A stretch of DNA of 64,000 bases from the NCBI GenBank assembly GCA_963693365.1, contig CAVNZM010000005.1, positions 3,345,216-3,409,215 of the forward strand. The letters run 5' to 3'. Below, piece by piece: positions 13,282-25,510 of the stretch. The notes under the pieces are model-generated. The model had not been told where the DNA came from, ran no database searches, and saw nothing but the letters and a program-made list of their open reading frames with translations. Position 1 is the stretch's first letter; every line of letters begins with the position of its first letter. This DNA comes from Amoebidium appalachense (taxonomy: Eukaryota > Protista > Ichthyosporea). A program made the position numbers and the translations under genes.

Positions 13282-13626
13282 ATATAGAGCAGGAAGAGAG
13301 AAATGGTGCTAGTGCATGTGGGTGGTGGGGGACTCTTTGAGTGTGTGCATGGCATGGGATTGAAGGACTTAGACGTGCATGCATGAAGGGGGAAGGGGGA
13401 GGGGGGGGGGGGGGTGGGGGGGGATATAGAGCAGGAAGAGAGAAATGGTGCTAGTGCATGTGGGTGGTGGGGGACTCTTTGAGTGTGTGCATGGCATGGG
13501 GATTGAAGGACTTAGACGTGCATGCATGAAGGGGGGAGGGGGGATACAGAGCAGGAAGAGAGAAATAGTGCTAGTGCATGTGGGTGGTGGGACTCTTTGA
13601 GTGTGTGAAGGACTTAGACGTGCATC
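12455..13626. repeat. Minisatellite, ~105-bp constant unit plus variable poly-G tract, about 9 copies
   Basis: ATATAGAGCAGGAAGAGAGAAATGGTGCTAGTGCATGTGGG...GGACTTAGACGTGCATGCATGAA followed by G runs. Confidence 0.95.
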
Positions 13627-13756
13627 ACGTCTGTGTATACAAGCATGTGGGGTAAGCACAGATTCAGATAACACTGGATTTCTTTTTATAAAATCCATCT
13701 CCAACCGATTGTAAAAAGAAATCCCAAAACTTCTACCTATACATTATACAGAAACC

Positions 13757-13941
13757 GTAGGCTCTGCCATGTAACATAGTCGAAGCCCCCCCCCCCCCAA
13801 AAAAAAACAAAAAAAAACAAAAACAAAAACCAAAAAAAAAAACAATGCTTTCAAGTCTATATTTTTCCAGATTTCACACGGCATCACTCCCACGTCCTAG
13901 GCTCTGCCATGTAACATAGTCGAAGCCCCCCCCCCCCCCCC

Positions 13942-13976
<35 letters not shown>

Positions 13977-14150
13977 AATGCTTTCCGTGTTTCATAGCCA
14001 AGTCTATATTTTTCCACATTTCACACGGCATCACTCCAACGTCTTAGGCTCTGCCATGTAACATAGTCGAAGCCCCCCCCCCCCCCCCCTCCCCCCCCCA
14101 CAAAAAAAAACAAAAAAAAAAACAAAACAAAAAAAACACACACAAAGTCT
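13757..14150. repeat. Three-copy ~140-bp repeat with poly-C/poly-A tracts
   Basis: TAGGCTCTGCCATGTAACATAGTCGAAG(C)n(A)n at ~13758, ~13898 and ~14045. Confidence 0.9.
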
Positions 14151-14151
14151 T

Positions 14152-15660
14152 TCAGACCGAATGGTCATCGTCACTGGAAGTCACAGGCCTCCGTGTGCGG
14201 AGCACCGTTTTCTTGCCCGATGGTCTTTCTTTCTTGCCCTGCCCTGCACGACTGCTTTCTTTCCGCTTCTTCTCATCCTCCTCTCTGGCTGCTTCGTCGA
14301 GAATCTTATCTATTGATTCCTTGGGCCTTTCTCTCTCTCCGCCCCGGAACCGTTTGGGCACATTCCCACCTGAATCCGCCCCCCTCTTCAGCCCGAGCCC
14401 GGTTTTTGTGTGGGGACTGGACATCATGGGGTCTGTGCGAGCGGGGGCACTCTGAATAGGACGTTGGTGGGGGCGGGCAACGGATGAACGACCGGATTGG
14501 GTAGCGCTAGAGGGGGGGGGGGGGAGTATCTCCTCGACGTCGGATGTTTGTGTGTGGGGATTGGACATCATGGGGTCTATGTGAGCGGGGGCACTCTGAA
14601 TAGGACGTTGGTGGGGGCGGGCAACGGATGAACGACCGGATTGGGTAGCGCTAGAGGGGGGGGGGGGGAGTATCTCCACGTCGGATGTATGGGGGGAGCG
14701 TTTCAGGCCCAAAAGCAGTTTTTGTGTGCTCTCCTTGACTGTCTTTCGATAGGTTTTCTGCAGGTCTGCCATCTCTGACTCGACTTTTGCATTTTCCTCC
14801 TTCTGCCAGGCCACCTCATCCTGCAAGGATAACTTTTCGGCCGTCTCACTAATGAGCCGAGCTTCGAGTTCCTGAACCCTCTCAGCCAACAGGTTGTTCG
14901 TTGCAGAAGCAGTATATTTATCTTTGACTGCTGCTTCTTTGACCTCTCTAATCGTTTCTGTCAACCGTTTGTTTTCATCTTTCACCGTTTGCAACGCTTT
15001 CTCCGCATTTTCATATTTCTCTTTGTATTCGAGTAAGGTGGTGGTGGCGGCGGTGGTGGGTGTAGCAGGCACAGATGTCACGCCAAGTGAGGCTAAAGCC
15101 TGACTAAGTTGCAATGTCATTTCTGCCTGTAGTGCTTCCATAAGTCTATGGTCGATGGGAGCCGAAGAAACGTCCTTGTCGGTGGGGTCGGCGGGGGTGC
15201 CCTTTTTGTCGGTGGGGTCGGCGGGGTCGGCGGGGGTGCCCTTTTTGTCGGTGGGGTCGGCGGGGTCGGCGGGGGTGCCCTTTTTGTCGGTGGGGTCGGC
15301 GGGGTCGGCGGGGGTGCCCTTTTTGTCGGTGGGGTCGGCGGGGTCGGCGGGGGTGCCCTTTTTGTCGGTGGGGTCGGTGGGGTCGGCGGGGGTGCCCTTT
15401 TTGTCGGTGGGGTCGGCGGGGTCGGCGGGGGTGCCCTTTTTGTCGGTGGGGTCAGCGGGGTCGGCGGGGGTGCCCTTTTTGTCGGTGGGGTCGGCGGGGT
15501 CGGCGGGGGTGCCCTTTTTGTCGGTGGGGTCGGTGGGGTCGGTGGGGGTGCCCTTTTTGGGGTCGGTGGGGTCGGCGGGGTTTGTGGGGGTGCCCTTTTT
15601 GGGGTCGGTGGGGTCGGCGGGGTTTGTGCTTTGCCCGACCATTTGCGAGGCGCTATCCAT
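14152..15660 (-). CDS. 502-aa protein: N-terminal 13-aa tandem repeats, central coiled coil, duplicated ~45-aa Pro/Ser segment, basic tail
   Basis: Long ATG ORF with about 11 copies of PADPADPTDKKGT, a heptad-rich E/K region and SDVE(E)ILPPPPSSATQSGRSS.. twice. Confidence 0.7.
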   Translation of the reverse strand: MDSASQMVGQSTNPADPTDPKKGTPTNPADPTDPKKGTPTDPTDPTDKKGTPADPADPTDKKGTPADPADPTDKKGTPADPADPTDKKGTPADPTDPTDKKGTPADPADPTDKKGTPADPADPTDKKGTPADPADPTDKKGTPADPADPTDKKGTPADPTDKDVSSAPIDHRLMEALQAEMTLQLSQALASLGVTSVPATPTTAATTTLLEYKEKYENAEKALQTVKDENKRLTETIREVKEAAVKDKYTASATNNLLAERVQELEARLISETAEKLSLQDEVAWQKEENAKVESEMADLQKTYRKTVKESTQKLLLGLKRSPHTSDVEILPPPPSSATQSGRSSVARPHQRPIQSAPAHIDPMMSNPHTQTSDVEEILPPPPSSATQSGRSSVARPHQRPIQSAPARTDPMMSSPHTKTGLGLKRGADSGGNVPKRFRGGERERPKESIDKILDEAAREEDEKKRKESSRAGQGKKERPSGKKTVLRTRRPVTSSDDDHSV

Positions 15661-16063
15661 GGTTCACAAATTCAAAAGAGGGGAATGTGAAATAGAAAAG
15701 ACTACCTAGAAAAACGTGGAGGTCAGAGTCAGACACTTCTTCCCAAAAAAAAAAAGATACGAACAAAAAAAAGTCGTCACTGAAATAGAGATACGAACAA
15801 AAAAAGTCGTCACTGAATTATTTACAAAAAGCAAAGCAAACGAAAATTCTATCGCGTGCAAACACACCGTGAACTGAAAAAAACCTCTTACACAAAGCCA
15901 AAATAAAGCAAAATTCATTCATGTGCAAACGCGGCTGTGAACTGATCAAAAAGGCCATCACCGATGATTTTTAGAAGCAAAATGTTCTTATAAGGGGATC
16001 CATTGAGGACTGAGGACCGAGGACCAAGCTTTGCCAAGCCTTGTAGTGCATGAGATGTAAAAT

Positions 16064-16300
16064 ATTGTATCCACTTTGGGTATGAAGCGCTGGCGCTGGG
16101 TTTGTCGTATACTCCACTTCGGGGCTTTTGTATGCAGCGCTTATTTCCCCTCTTTTTGCACACACAGCTTTGCACACACAGCAACTGTCTTTTTATTGTA
16201 TCCACTTTGGGTATGAAGCTTGGGCGCTGGGTTTGTCGTATACTCCACTTCGGGGCTTTTGTATGCAGCGCTTATTTCCCCTCTTTTTGCACACACAGCT
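16064..16300. repeat. Two-copy ~105-bp direct repeat related (inverted) to the 12041-12305 array
   Basis: ATTGTATCCACTTTGGGTATGAAGC..GTTTGTCGTATACTCCACTTCGGGGCTTTTGTATGCAGCGC occurs twice. Confidence 0.88.
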
Positions 16301-16331
16301 CACACACACACGCACACACACACGCACACAC

Positions 16332-16384
<53 letters not shown>

Positions 16385-16396
16385 ATATCCAATAGC

Positions 16397-16712
16397 ATCT
16401 CATTCGCGGACTTCTTGGTGCTCTGATTGTTGGATCCACGTCAGTGATCGGGCACTGGCACTCCAGGCAGCGAATTTCATAATCTGATTGTCCAATGGTC
16501 ATCTCATTCGCGGACTTCTTTGTGCTCTGATTGGTGTATAACAGTTGGATCCACGTCAGTGATAGGGCACTGGCACTCCAGGCAGCGAATTTCATAATCT
16601 GATTGGCCATCTCATTCGCGGACTTCTCCGTGCTCTGATTGGTGTATAACAGTTGGATCCACGTGATAGGGCACTGGCACTCCAGGCAGCGCATGTCATA
16701 ATCTGATTGGCC
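16397..16712. repeat. Three-copy ~105-bp repeat rich in CCAAT (ATTGG) boxes, between divergent genes
   Basis: CATCTCATTCGCGGACTTCT..GTGCTCTGATTG..GGATCCACGT..GGGCACTGGCACTCCAGGCAGCG x3. Confidence 0.85.
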
Positions 16713-17602
16713 AAGTGCCCCATCGGCTCTTCAGATGCCGGATTCACAAAACGCTTTCCACACATAATTTTTGTATTAAGAAAGTGTATAATCAATTTAT
16801 TTTGGTGCTTTTGGTATTTATTGGTACATATTAGCGATATATATTGCTTCGCGGAAGGGTCCTGGGGAGCAAGGGCGGTAATACTATAATTAGCAGCCGA
16901 GTTGATAAGCCAGTTATCACGGGCGCGAATATTCCCAAATGCACGCGAATCATTCAGTGATTGTTGGATAGGGGCTATCGGGCACTGGTACTAAGGGCAA
17001 ACGCGTGTCGGCCATGGCATGATCTGATTAGCCAATTTGATACGATGTTGCAAATCCTAAAGGCTTTTCGTAGACTGGTTTCAGAAAACGCTTTCCACAC
17101 AAATTTCTAAGCAAATATTTGCATAATAAATATAAATTAATCATTTTGGGTATATTATTTTTATTGCTAAGTTATAACACTTAATTAGCCACAAATTTGG
17201 CTACGCAGAGGGGCAGCCGGGTCGGTGAAACGATCTTACTGATTGGCCAGTTATCACGTACGCGCGCCGAGTATTGCCCAATACACATTCCATTTTGCAA
17301 TTGGGCAAACAGGACAAACTATTGATTGGTCAGCTATCATTTCAATGACATGATTGAAGCGCGCCACTTCAGTTCGTGTCACTTGCACCCCGGCGCTGAA
17401 ACTGTTTACGTTGCAAGCAGGCCAGAGTCAAAACAAAGAACGAGAACACAGACCTGTTAGTCTGTGCACGTCGCGCTTTTAGCTGCCTTTTCTTCTTTGA
17501 ATACAGACACGTAGAATTTCCTTCACGTTTTTCCCGACACATTTTAAACACACACATTGTAGACTAGACGCGAGCGCAGCAGTGGCACAAGCACACAGGC
17601 AG

Positions 17603-17661
<59 letters not shown>

Positions 17662-17754
17662 CGAGCGCGAGCGCAGCAGTGGCACAAGCACATAGCAAGC
17701 GCGCTCGCAGACGAGAAAAAGCTCACAATCAAACACAAAATACACACAAACAAC

Positions 17755-19162
17755 ATGGCTGCTACCAACGAACAGTTTCTGGCGCTCATCAATGATGCGT
17801 TCCAGAGTAGCATACAAGCAAACCCACCAACATTCATATTCTCGAAACATACTGATCCTACAATCATTTTTACGGGTGAAGAGCTATTCACACGACAGGG
17901 TTTTAATCGTTATCAAAGAAAGAAGACGGCACCAATATTACACGCTGTGAAACCCAACGATTCAGATCATGTTTCGGTCTTCTTGTTTGAACTCAACGAC
18001 GGGCGTCTGTATCACAGGAACAAATATCAGTTGCAACAACTCGAAAACAACAAGGGTATCAATACGACTATTGCTTGGATTCTGAAATGGGGTGGCCCTC
18101 AATGGAGAGTTTACGATCTTGGCAGCTATCATGGAAACTCGGATGGTTTGGCGGCGATGCTCAGTCGACTTTCCACTTTCAGTGGCAGCCACGACTTAAG
18201 TCACATACCTGAAGTATCGGGTTCTTTGCCGGGGGAGAAACAAATTTTTTGGATATTCAAAAGGCTCGGATGGGAAGTGTGGTGGGATGGGGCTGCACGC
18301 AGCCCTCCAGACAGACCTGCTGTCAAACTGCCGGCCCCGACGATTAACCACCCGAAAAAGCGGGCAAAAGTGGAGGTCCACAAGAGTGATGATGAAGGAG
18401 AGGGGGAAGAGGGGGTTGGAGAGGGAGAAGGGGGAGAGTGGAGAGGAGAGGGAGAAGGGGAAGAGGGGGTTGGAGAGGGAGAAGGGGGAGAGTGGAGAGG
18501 AGAGGGAGAAGGGGGAGAGTGGAGAGGAGAGGGAGAAGGGGGAGAGTGGAGAGGAGAGGGAGAAGGGGAAGAGGGGGTTGGAGAGGGAGAAGGGGGAGAG
18601 TGGAGAGGAGAGGGAGAAGGGGAAGAGGGGGTTGGAGAGGGAGAAGGGGGAGAGTGGAGAGGGAGAGGGAGAAGGGGGAGAGTGGAGAGGAGAGGGAGAA
18701 GGGGGAGAGTGGAGAGGGAGAGGGAGAAGGGGAAGAGGGGGTTGGAGAGGGAGAAGGGGGAGAGTGGAGAGGGAGAGGGAGAAGGGGGAGAGTGGGTTGG
18801 AGAGGGAGAAGGGGGAGAGCGGAGAGGAGAGGGAGAAGGGGGAGAGTGGAGAGGAGAGGGAGAAGGGGAAGAGGGGGTTGGAGAGGGAGAAGGGGGAGAG
18901 TGGAGAGGAGAGGGAGAAGGGGGAGAGTGGGATTTCCAGCCAGGTAACCCCCCCCCCCCCCCCACACACACACAACCAACCACCCAATTACCCAACCACC
19001 TACACCACCATCACCCACACATTGAAGCCATCACACACCTGCACGCATGCATGCACCTCGGCTTATCCCCCCCCCCCCACACACACACACCACGGGAAGG
19101 CACCTGCACGCATGCATGCACCTAGGCCTATCCCACCCCCCATCCCCCCCCCCCCCGGCTCC

Positions 19163-19203
<41 letters not shown>

Positions 19204-19275
19204 ACGGGAAGGCACCTGCACGCATGCATGCACCTAGGCCTATCCCACCCCCCATCCCCCCCCCCCCCGGCTCCC

Positions 19276-19318
<43 letters not shown>

Positions 19319-19392
19319 ACGGGAAGGCACCTGCACGCATGCATGCACCTAGGCCTATCCCACCCCCCATCCCCCCCCCCCCCGGCTCCCCC

Positions 19393-19435
<43 letters not shown>

Positions 19436-19650
19436 ACGGGAAGGCACCTGCACGCATGCATGACACACACACACACACACACACACCACGGGAAGGCACC
19501 TGCACGCATGCATGACACACACACACACACACACACACCACGGGAGGCACCTGCACGCATGCATGACACACACACACACACACACACACCACGGAAAGGC
19601 ACCTGCACGCATGTATGCACTCGGCTAAACCCCCCCCCCCCCTGGCTCCC

Positions 19651-19684
<34 letters not shown>

Positions 19685-19762
19685 ACGGGAAGGCACCTGC
19701 ACGCATGCATGACACACACACACACACACACACACCACGGGAAGGCACCTGCACGCATGCAT

Positions 19763-19794
<32 letters not shown>

Positions 19795-19820
19795 ACGGGA
19801 AGGCACCTGCACGCATGCAT

Positions 19821-19852
<32 letters not shown>

Positions 19853-19878
19853 ACGGGAAGGCACCTGCACGCATGCAT

Positions 19879-19910
<32 letters not shown>

Positions 19911-19936
19911 ACGGGAAGGCACCTGCACGCATGCAT

Positions 19937-19968
<32 letters not shown>

Positions 19969-19994
19969 ACGGGAAGGCACCTGCACGCATGCAT

Positions 19995-20026
<32 letters not shown>

Positions 20027-22672
20027 ACGGGAAGGCACCTGCACGCATGCATGACACACACACACACACACACACACCACGGGAAGGCACCTGCACGCAT
20101 GTATGCACTCGGCTAACCCCCCCCCCCCCCCCCCCCCCCCCACACACACACGCACACACACGCACGCACACACAGAGCAAGAAGCGGGAGAGGTGGACAG
20201 GGGGCAACAACAAGACACTGAGACTGGGGAGGTGGCGGGGTTCAACGAGGTACCCGTAGCACATCTCCGCCAAATGCATCTAGAAAAGCTCTCCTTGGAG
20301 AAGATAGTTTTGTCAATCGAAAAAGAACACGAGTTTCGGGCAGCTGGTGCCGTCAAGTTCGTGCCTCCCGAGCCGGTAGTGCAGGGGCTGAAAAAGGCTG
20401 CTCAGGCCACACGAGTGAGAAAATCCTACACCCGGATTTGGGTGGAGGCTACCACCATCAGGGATGTCTTCCTCGTTTATAGGGAGGACATCATAGGGCA
20501 AATTCCAGAGGTGCGTATTTGCAACCACTAGGATGTGGTTACCATGAACAGGGGCTAACACGATTGGGCAGGGGGATCCGGTGGGGGAGGAGGAGTTTTG
20601 GAGGTTGTTGGACTCCCTATCGGATGGTGAAAAATCAATGTTCCTTTACGGAACAGATCTGAAGCCTCTTAAAAACACCCATACACCCAGTGAGGTACGT
20701 ATGTGTGCGGCGAAGATTTGTATGTTGTGTGTGTTTTTGCGGAGAGTGATGTTGTGCATGTGTGCGTGCGTGTGTTTGTGCGGAGAGTGTATGTTGTGCA
20801 TGTGTGCGTGCGTGTGTTTGTGCAGAGAGTGTATGTTGTGCATGCGTGCGTGCGTGTGTTTGTGCGGAGAGTGTATGTTGTGCATGTGTGCGTGCGTGTG
20901 TTTGTGCAGAGAGTGTATGTTGTGCATGCGTGCGTGCGTGTGTTTGTGCGGAGAGTGTATGTTGCGTAGGCATGTGTGCGTGTGTGTAGGGATGCGTGCG
21001 TGCGTGTGTTTGTGCGGAGAGTGTATGTTGTGTAGGGATGCGTGCGTGCGTGTGTTTGTGCGGAGAGTGTATGTTGTGTAGGGATGCGTGCGTGCGTGTG
21101 TTTGTGCGGAGAGTGGATGTTGTGTAGGGATGCGTGCGTGCGTGTGTTTGTGCGGAGAGTGTATGTTGTGTAGGGATGCGTGCGTGCGTGTGTTTGTGCG
21201 GAGAGTGTATGTTGTGTAGGGATGCGTGCGTGCGTGTGTTTGTGCGGAGAGTGGATGTTGTGTAGGGATGCGTGCGTGCGTGTGTTTGTGCGGAGAGTGT
21301 ATGTTGTGTAGGGATGCGTGCGTGCGTGTGTTTGTGCGGAGAGTGTATGTTGTGTAGGGATGCGTGCGTGCGTGTGTTTGTGCGGAGAGTGTATGTTGTG
21401 TAGGGATGCGTGCGTGCGTGGGGTGTATGTTGTGTAGGCATGCGTGCGTGCGTGGGTGTGCAGCGGAGAGTGTATGTTGTGTTGATGCACTGTGGTGGGT
21501 ATATGTAGGCATGCTGTGTGTTGTTGAATGGTGAACATGAAGGCACTAACAGGAGGGACAGGTGGTGAAGAAAGAAATCGACTACATGTTCAGCTTGGAG
21601 ACGCTTGACTCAATAGTATCAAGAGAATTCAAAGATCGTGTGGGCATCTCAACACCGATGCTCTATAAGTATGCCCCCCCCCCCCCCCCCCAAAAAAAAA
21701 AAAACAAATAATTAAACAAAGGAAAAAGGCAGGCTTGCAGAACGCCCCTTATGTTCACAGAACCATCCTGGGTGTGTGTATGGGTCGGTCTTTTCGGAAT
21801 GTATTGGGCCACATCTAGTCGGAAGTAATTACTGTTTTAGCCCCAACTAATCCCATGCCTCTTTGCAGTGTCACGACTGGGGGTCCGATTGTGCTCCACA
21901 CAGAAGACCTTCTACTTGGGAGTGTCAACATCATGGTCCGTGGGCCAGGAGAGAAAATCTGGTTCGTGATCAGTGCAGAGTACGAGGAACAGGTTACGTC
22001 TATCCTCGAGGATATCCACGAGAGACTTGAGCTTTCGGGGGCCGGTATCTGTAAGAAAGTCACACAGCATAAGGTAGGCCCCCCACCAAAAAAAAAAAAA
22101 AAAAAAACAATAAAAAAAAACAATAAAAAAAAAAACGACCACACACACACAGTAACAGAGGACGAACAAGAAGAGGGAGAGAGGGAGTGGTAGATACAGA
22201 CGTGAAGAACAAGTGGTAGACACAGACGTGAAGAACAAGTGGTAGACACAGACGTGAAGAACAAGAACCAAAAAAGCACTTACAAAAACGACCACCCGGG
22301 TTTTCATATGACTAACATTTGGGTGGGGCAGTCTGTGTTCATCCACCCCCGTTATTTGATGAAGAAGGGCATCCCCGTGCAGCGCACGGTTCAGCACGCC
22401 GGTGAGGTCATCTGCACCTTGCCTGGAGCATACCACTTTGGGTATGCTGCTGGTAGCAGCTTGGCCGAGGCGGTAAATTTTGCCACGGTCAACTGGCTTG
22501 TGGTCGCTGGCAAGAAGCCCCCCCCGGCATGCACGTGTGGCTACACTGACAGGGAACTCGTTTTCGAGGTACCCCCCCCCCCCCCCCAAAAAAAAAAAAA
22601 AAAAAAAAAAAAAACAAAAAAAAAACAAACCAAAAAAAAACAAACCAAAAAAAACAACAAACAAAAAAACAC

Positions 22673-22726
<54 letters not shown>

Positions 22727-23068
22727 ATGCCCTAGCATTCACAATTACATGTAGGGGTTCGTAAAAACGGTTTTTTGAGTCCTTGCAGAGTTTTTCTTGA
22801 CCTGGTCCACACGTAGGAGTTCGTTTCCTGTGGGTGTGTGCCATGGTGGTGTATTGGTGGGTGCGTGGGTGTGTTTGAGGTAATGGCATACAGTGATGTC
22901 TGAGCCTTGCATAAACAAATCACCTGGCTGGACTACTACTTACACCCAACTATCAACCCACAGGTGTCCCATGCACAGTGGAAAAAGCTGAGAGAGAAGT
23001 ACAAGGCTGACATCGAGCAGTTCGAGGAGGAGCTTGAGCAGTTCGAGGAGGAGCTTTTGAGTGGGTAG
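17755..23068 (+). CDS. KDM4-type JmjN/JmjC histone lysine demethylase, 7 exons (17755-18943, 20176-20510, 20572-20694, 21562-21668, 21869-22073, 22332-22568, 22964-23068), ~766 aa
   Basis: Six GT-AG introns, several with CTAAC/CTAAT branch points, give an open 2301-nt frame. Motifs: JmjN-like [25 protein letters not shown]; EEFWRLL..YGTD; GISTPMLY; HTED..SVN..KIW; CKKVTQHK; [25 protein letters not shown]; CTC. Confidence 0.9.
18395..18930 (+). repeat. Coding purine-rich tandem repeat ([16 protein letters not shown] units) in JmjC exon 1
   Basis: GGAGAGGGAGAAGGGGGAGAGTGGAGA and GGAGAAGGGGAAGAGGGGGTT units are repeated. Confidence 0.92.
19035..20115. repeat. Intronic minisatellite: CCACGGGAAGGCACCTGCACGCATGCATG plus (CA)n
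   Basis: About 15 copies fill intron 1 of the JmjC gene. Confidence 0.95.
20730..21480. repeat. Intronic 42-46-bp minisatellite
   Basis: GTGTTTGTGCGGAGAGTGTATGTTGTG(TAGGG/C)ATGCGTGCGTGCGT repeated through intron 3 of the JmjC gene. Confidence 0.95.
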
Positions 23069-23077
23069 ACCACACAT

Positions 23078-23320
23078 GGTTTGTGGTGGGTGCGGTGGGG
23101 GAAACGTAGTTGTGGTGGTGGCGGCGGGTAGGCCCCACATTCACATCTTACTTAGGGTTTGTGGTGGGTGCGGTGGGGGAAACGTAGTTGTGGTGGTGGC
23201 GGCGGGTAGGCCCCACATTCACATCTTACTTAGGGTTTGTGGTGGGTGCGGTGGGGGAAACGTAGTTGTGGTGGTGGCGGCGGGTAGGCCCCACATTCAC
23301 ATCTTACTTAGGGTTTGTGA
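23078..23320. repeat. Three-copy 78-bp tandem repeat just 3' of the JmjC stop
   Basis: GGTTTGTGGTGGGTGCGGTGGGGGAAACGTAGTTG...CACATCTTACTTAG x3. Confidence 0.92.
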
Positions 23321-23563
23321 TGGGTGTGGTGGAGGAAAGACGTGGTACAAAGTTTTCATACCAAGTTTTCTGTAATGTTTATTCGAATGTGATCTGCTTC
23401 AATCTTATCCAAATTTTCATGTATATTGTATTTGCCCGGTAACAGTACCAAGTTTCCGTAATGACTATTGAATGTATTTGCCCGTGGTAGCGGGAGAGAC
23501 TCCATTTAATATACCCCAAGTCTCCTTTTCAATCTGTGTACGAGCACACTGGCACGTACATTG

Positions 23564-23664
<101 letters not shown>

Positions 23665-23867
23665 GATACACATGCTACCAAGTTTTCATTGAACGGTGTA
23701 GGGGAGGGGGGAGGGGGGGGGGGAGATAGACTCCAGCTCATCAAAATTAAACATCCCAACAGATTCTCTCGTCATTTACATTTTCCATGTTTGTGGAGAT
23801 TCTCTCGTCATTTACATTTTCCATGTTTGTGGTGTGAGTCCATTCATCCTTTGGCTTGTGTAGGTCT

Positions 23868-24128
23868 CTATGCATCCTCAGGCTCCATCATCTTCTGCAG
23901 TACAATTGCTGTCTGTCGTTGATTCTTGGGCACCCACTTCTTGAATCCACACTTCTCCGCCAACTCATCGGGCAGATCTATATAGCCCTTTTCCGCAAGC
24001 TCTTGTGCATATACTCGTTGCTCCATCTGCGTCCGCCGGGTGGTGGCCTCGGTCGGCACAATAGTTGCCTGCACCACGGGTGCCTTGCCGGGCTCCTCCT
24101 TCAGCTTGTACTCCCATCGGTACGCCAT
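23868..24128 (-). CDS. Hypothetical protein (86 aa)
   Basis: ATG ORF with protein-like composition in unique sequence, tandem with the upstream Cys-rich ORF. Confidence 0.55.
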   Translation of the reverse strand: MAYRWEYKLKEEPGKAPVVQATIVPTEATTRRTQMEQRVYAQELAEKGYIDLPDELAEKCGFKKWVPKNQRQTAIVLQKMMEPEDA

Positions 24129-24164
24129 ACTCTATGCCACAAAAATCTCTGCTCACCCAACCCT

Positions 24165-24572
24165 TCAAGTGCGCTCCTTGATCACCACCGCAGGCGCATG
24201 CGCACACGTGGGGCACGCCGGGCACTTCTGCTCGGGCGGGCAGCGCGTGCATGCGGGGCACTGTGCGCACCGGGCGGGGCTGGCACCGCACACGTGGCAG
24301 CGGGGGCAGTGCGCACACTTGCGGCGGGGAACGCAGCTGCCGCAGCTGGCACACATTGGGCACGCGCGCTGGCACTTGAGCACCGCCAGGCGCCGCCGCA
24401 CACGTGGGCTGAACGTGTCCCAGAGCACGTAGAGGATCAGGCCGGCCAGGATGGCCAGTAGGATGGGGGAGGGCCCGGGGGTGCTGCGCGGGCTTGTGCG
24501 GATCGGGGGGAGGGGGTGCGAATGGGCTGGGTGGGGGAAGGGGTGCGCCAGCGTCCATGTTACCCGGTGCAC
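24165..24572 (-). CDS. Membrane-anchored CxxC-repeat protein; 5' end uncertain, possible frameshift near C runs
   Basis: TM segment ILLAILAGLILYVLW followed by about 8 CxxC units (CPMC, CGSC, CAHCPRC, CAQCPAC, CPAC, CPTC). Confidence 0.55.
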   Translation of the reverse strand: MHRVTWTLAHPFPHPAHSHPLPPIRTSPRSTPGPSPILLAILAGLILYVLWDTFSPRVRRRLAVLKCQRACPMCASCGSCVPRRKCAHCPRCHVCGASPARCAQCPACTRCPPEQKCPACPTCAHAPAVVIKERT

Positions 24573-24679
24573 GATATAATGTGGGGTTGGGGTTGTGCGG
24601 GTAGATGGGAGGAGGGTTTTTTTGGGGGGGGGGGGGGGGGGGGGCGCTCATGAGCAAGGGTATGGTGATAGCGATCATG

Positions 24680-25073
24680 TCATTGACCCTACTCGCCAAC
24701 AACACAGGTGCAAGCGCACGGTGATAGCGCTCATGACCCTACTCTCCAACAACACAGGTGCAAGCGCACGGTGATAGCGCTCATGACCCTACTCTCAAAC
24801 AACACAGGTGCAAGCGCACGGTGATACGCAGCCACCGTGTGCATGTGTGTGTGTGTGTGTGTGTGAGGGGGGGGGGGGGGGGGGGGTTCAATGCGTGCGC
24901 TTGCACATGTGTTGTTTGAGAGTAGGGTCATGAGCGCTATCACCGGGCGCTTCCACATGTGTTGTTTGAGAGCAGGGTTGTGAGCGCTATCACCGGGCGC
25001 TTCCACATGTGTTGTTTGAGAGAAGGGGCATGAGCGCTATTACCGGGCGCTTTGTGTTTGTGCGTGTGTGGGG

Positions 25074-25111
<38 letters not shown>

Positions 25112-25240
25112 ATGCGTGTGCTTGCACCTGTTATGTTTGAGTGTAGGCGCAAGAGCGCTATCACCGGGCGCTTCCACATGTGTTGTGTGAGAGAAGAGGC
25201 ATGAGCGCTATCACCGGGCGCTTTGTGTTTGTGCGTGTGT

Positions 25241-25298
<58 letters not shown>

Positions 25299-25457
25299 GG
25301 GGGGGGGGGGGGGGGTGGGGTGGGGGCAATGCGTGTGGTTGCACCTGTTATGTTTGAGTGTAGGCTCATGAGCGCTATCACCGGGCGCTTCCACATGTGT
25401 TGTGTGAGAGAAGGGGCATGAGCGCTATCACCGGGCGCTTTGTGTTTGTACGTGTGT

Positions 25458-25510
<53 letters not shown>

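Noticed and set aside
12455-13626. Constant unit plus variable segment resembling repeat-spacer structure
   Set aside because: The variable parts are only poly-G tracts of differing length; this is a minisatellite.
13626-13740. Possible downstream exon of the 502-aa gene on the minus strand
   Set aside because: The ORF already ends in a stop at 14152, and no convincing donor or protein motif supports the extension.
19035-20115. 29-bp repeat separated by variable sequence (CRISPR-like period)
   Set aside because: Spacers are pure (CA)n and the array lies inside a spliceosomal intron.
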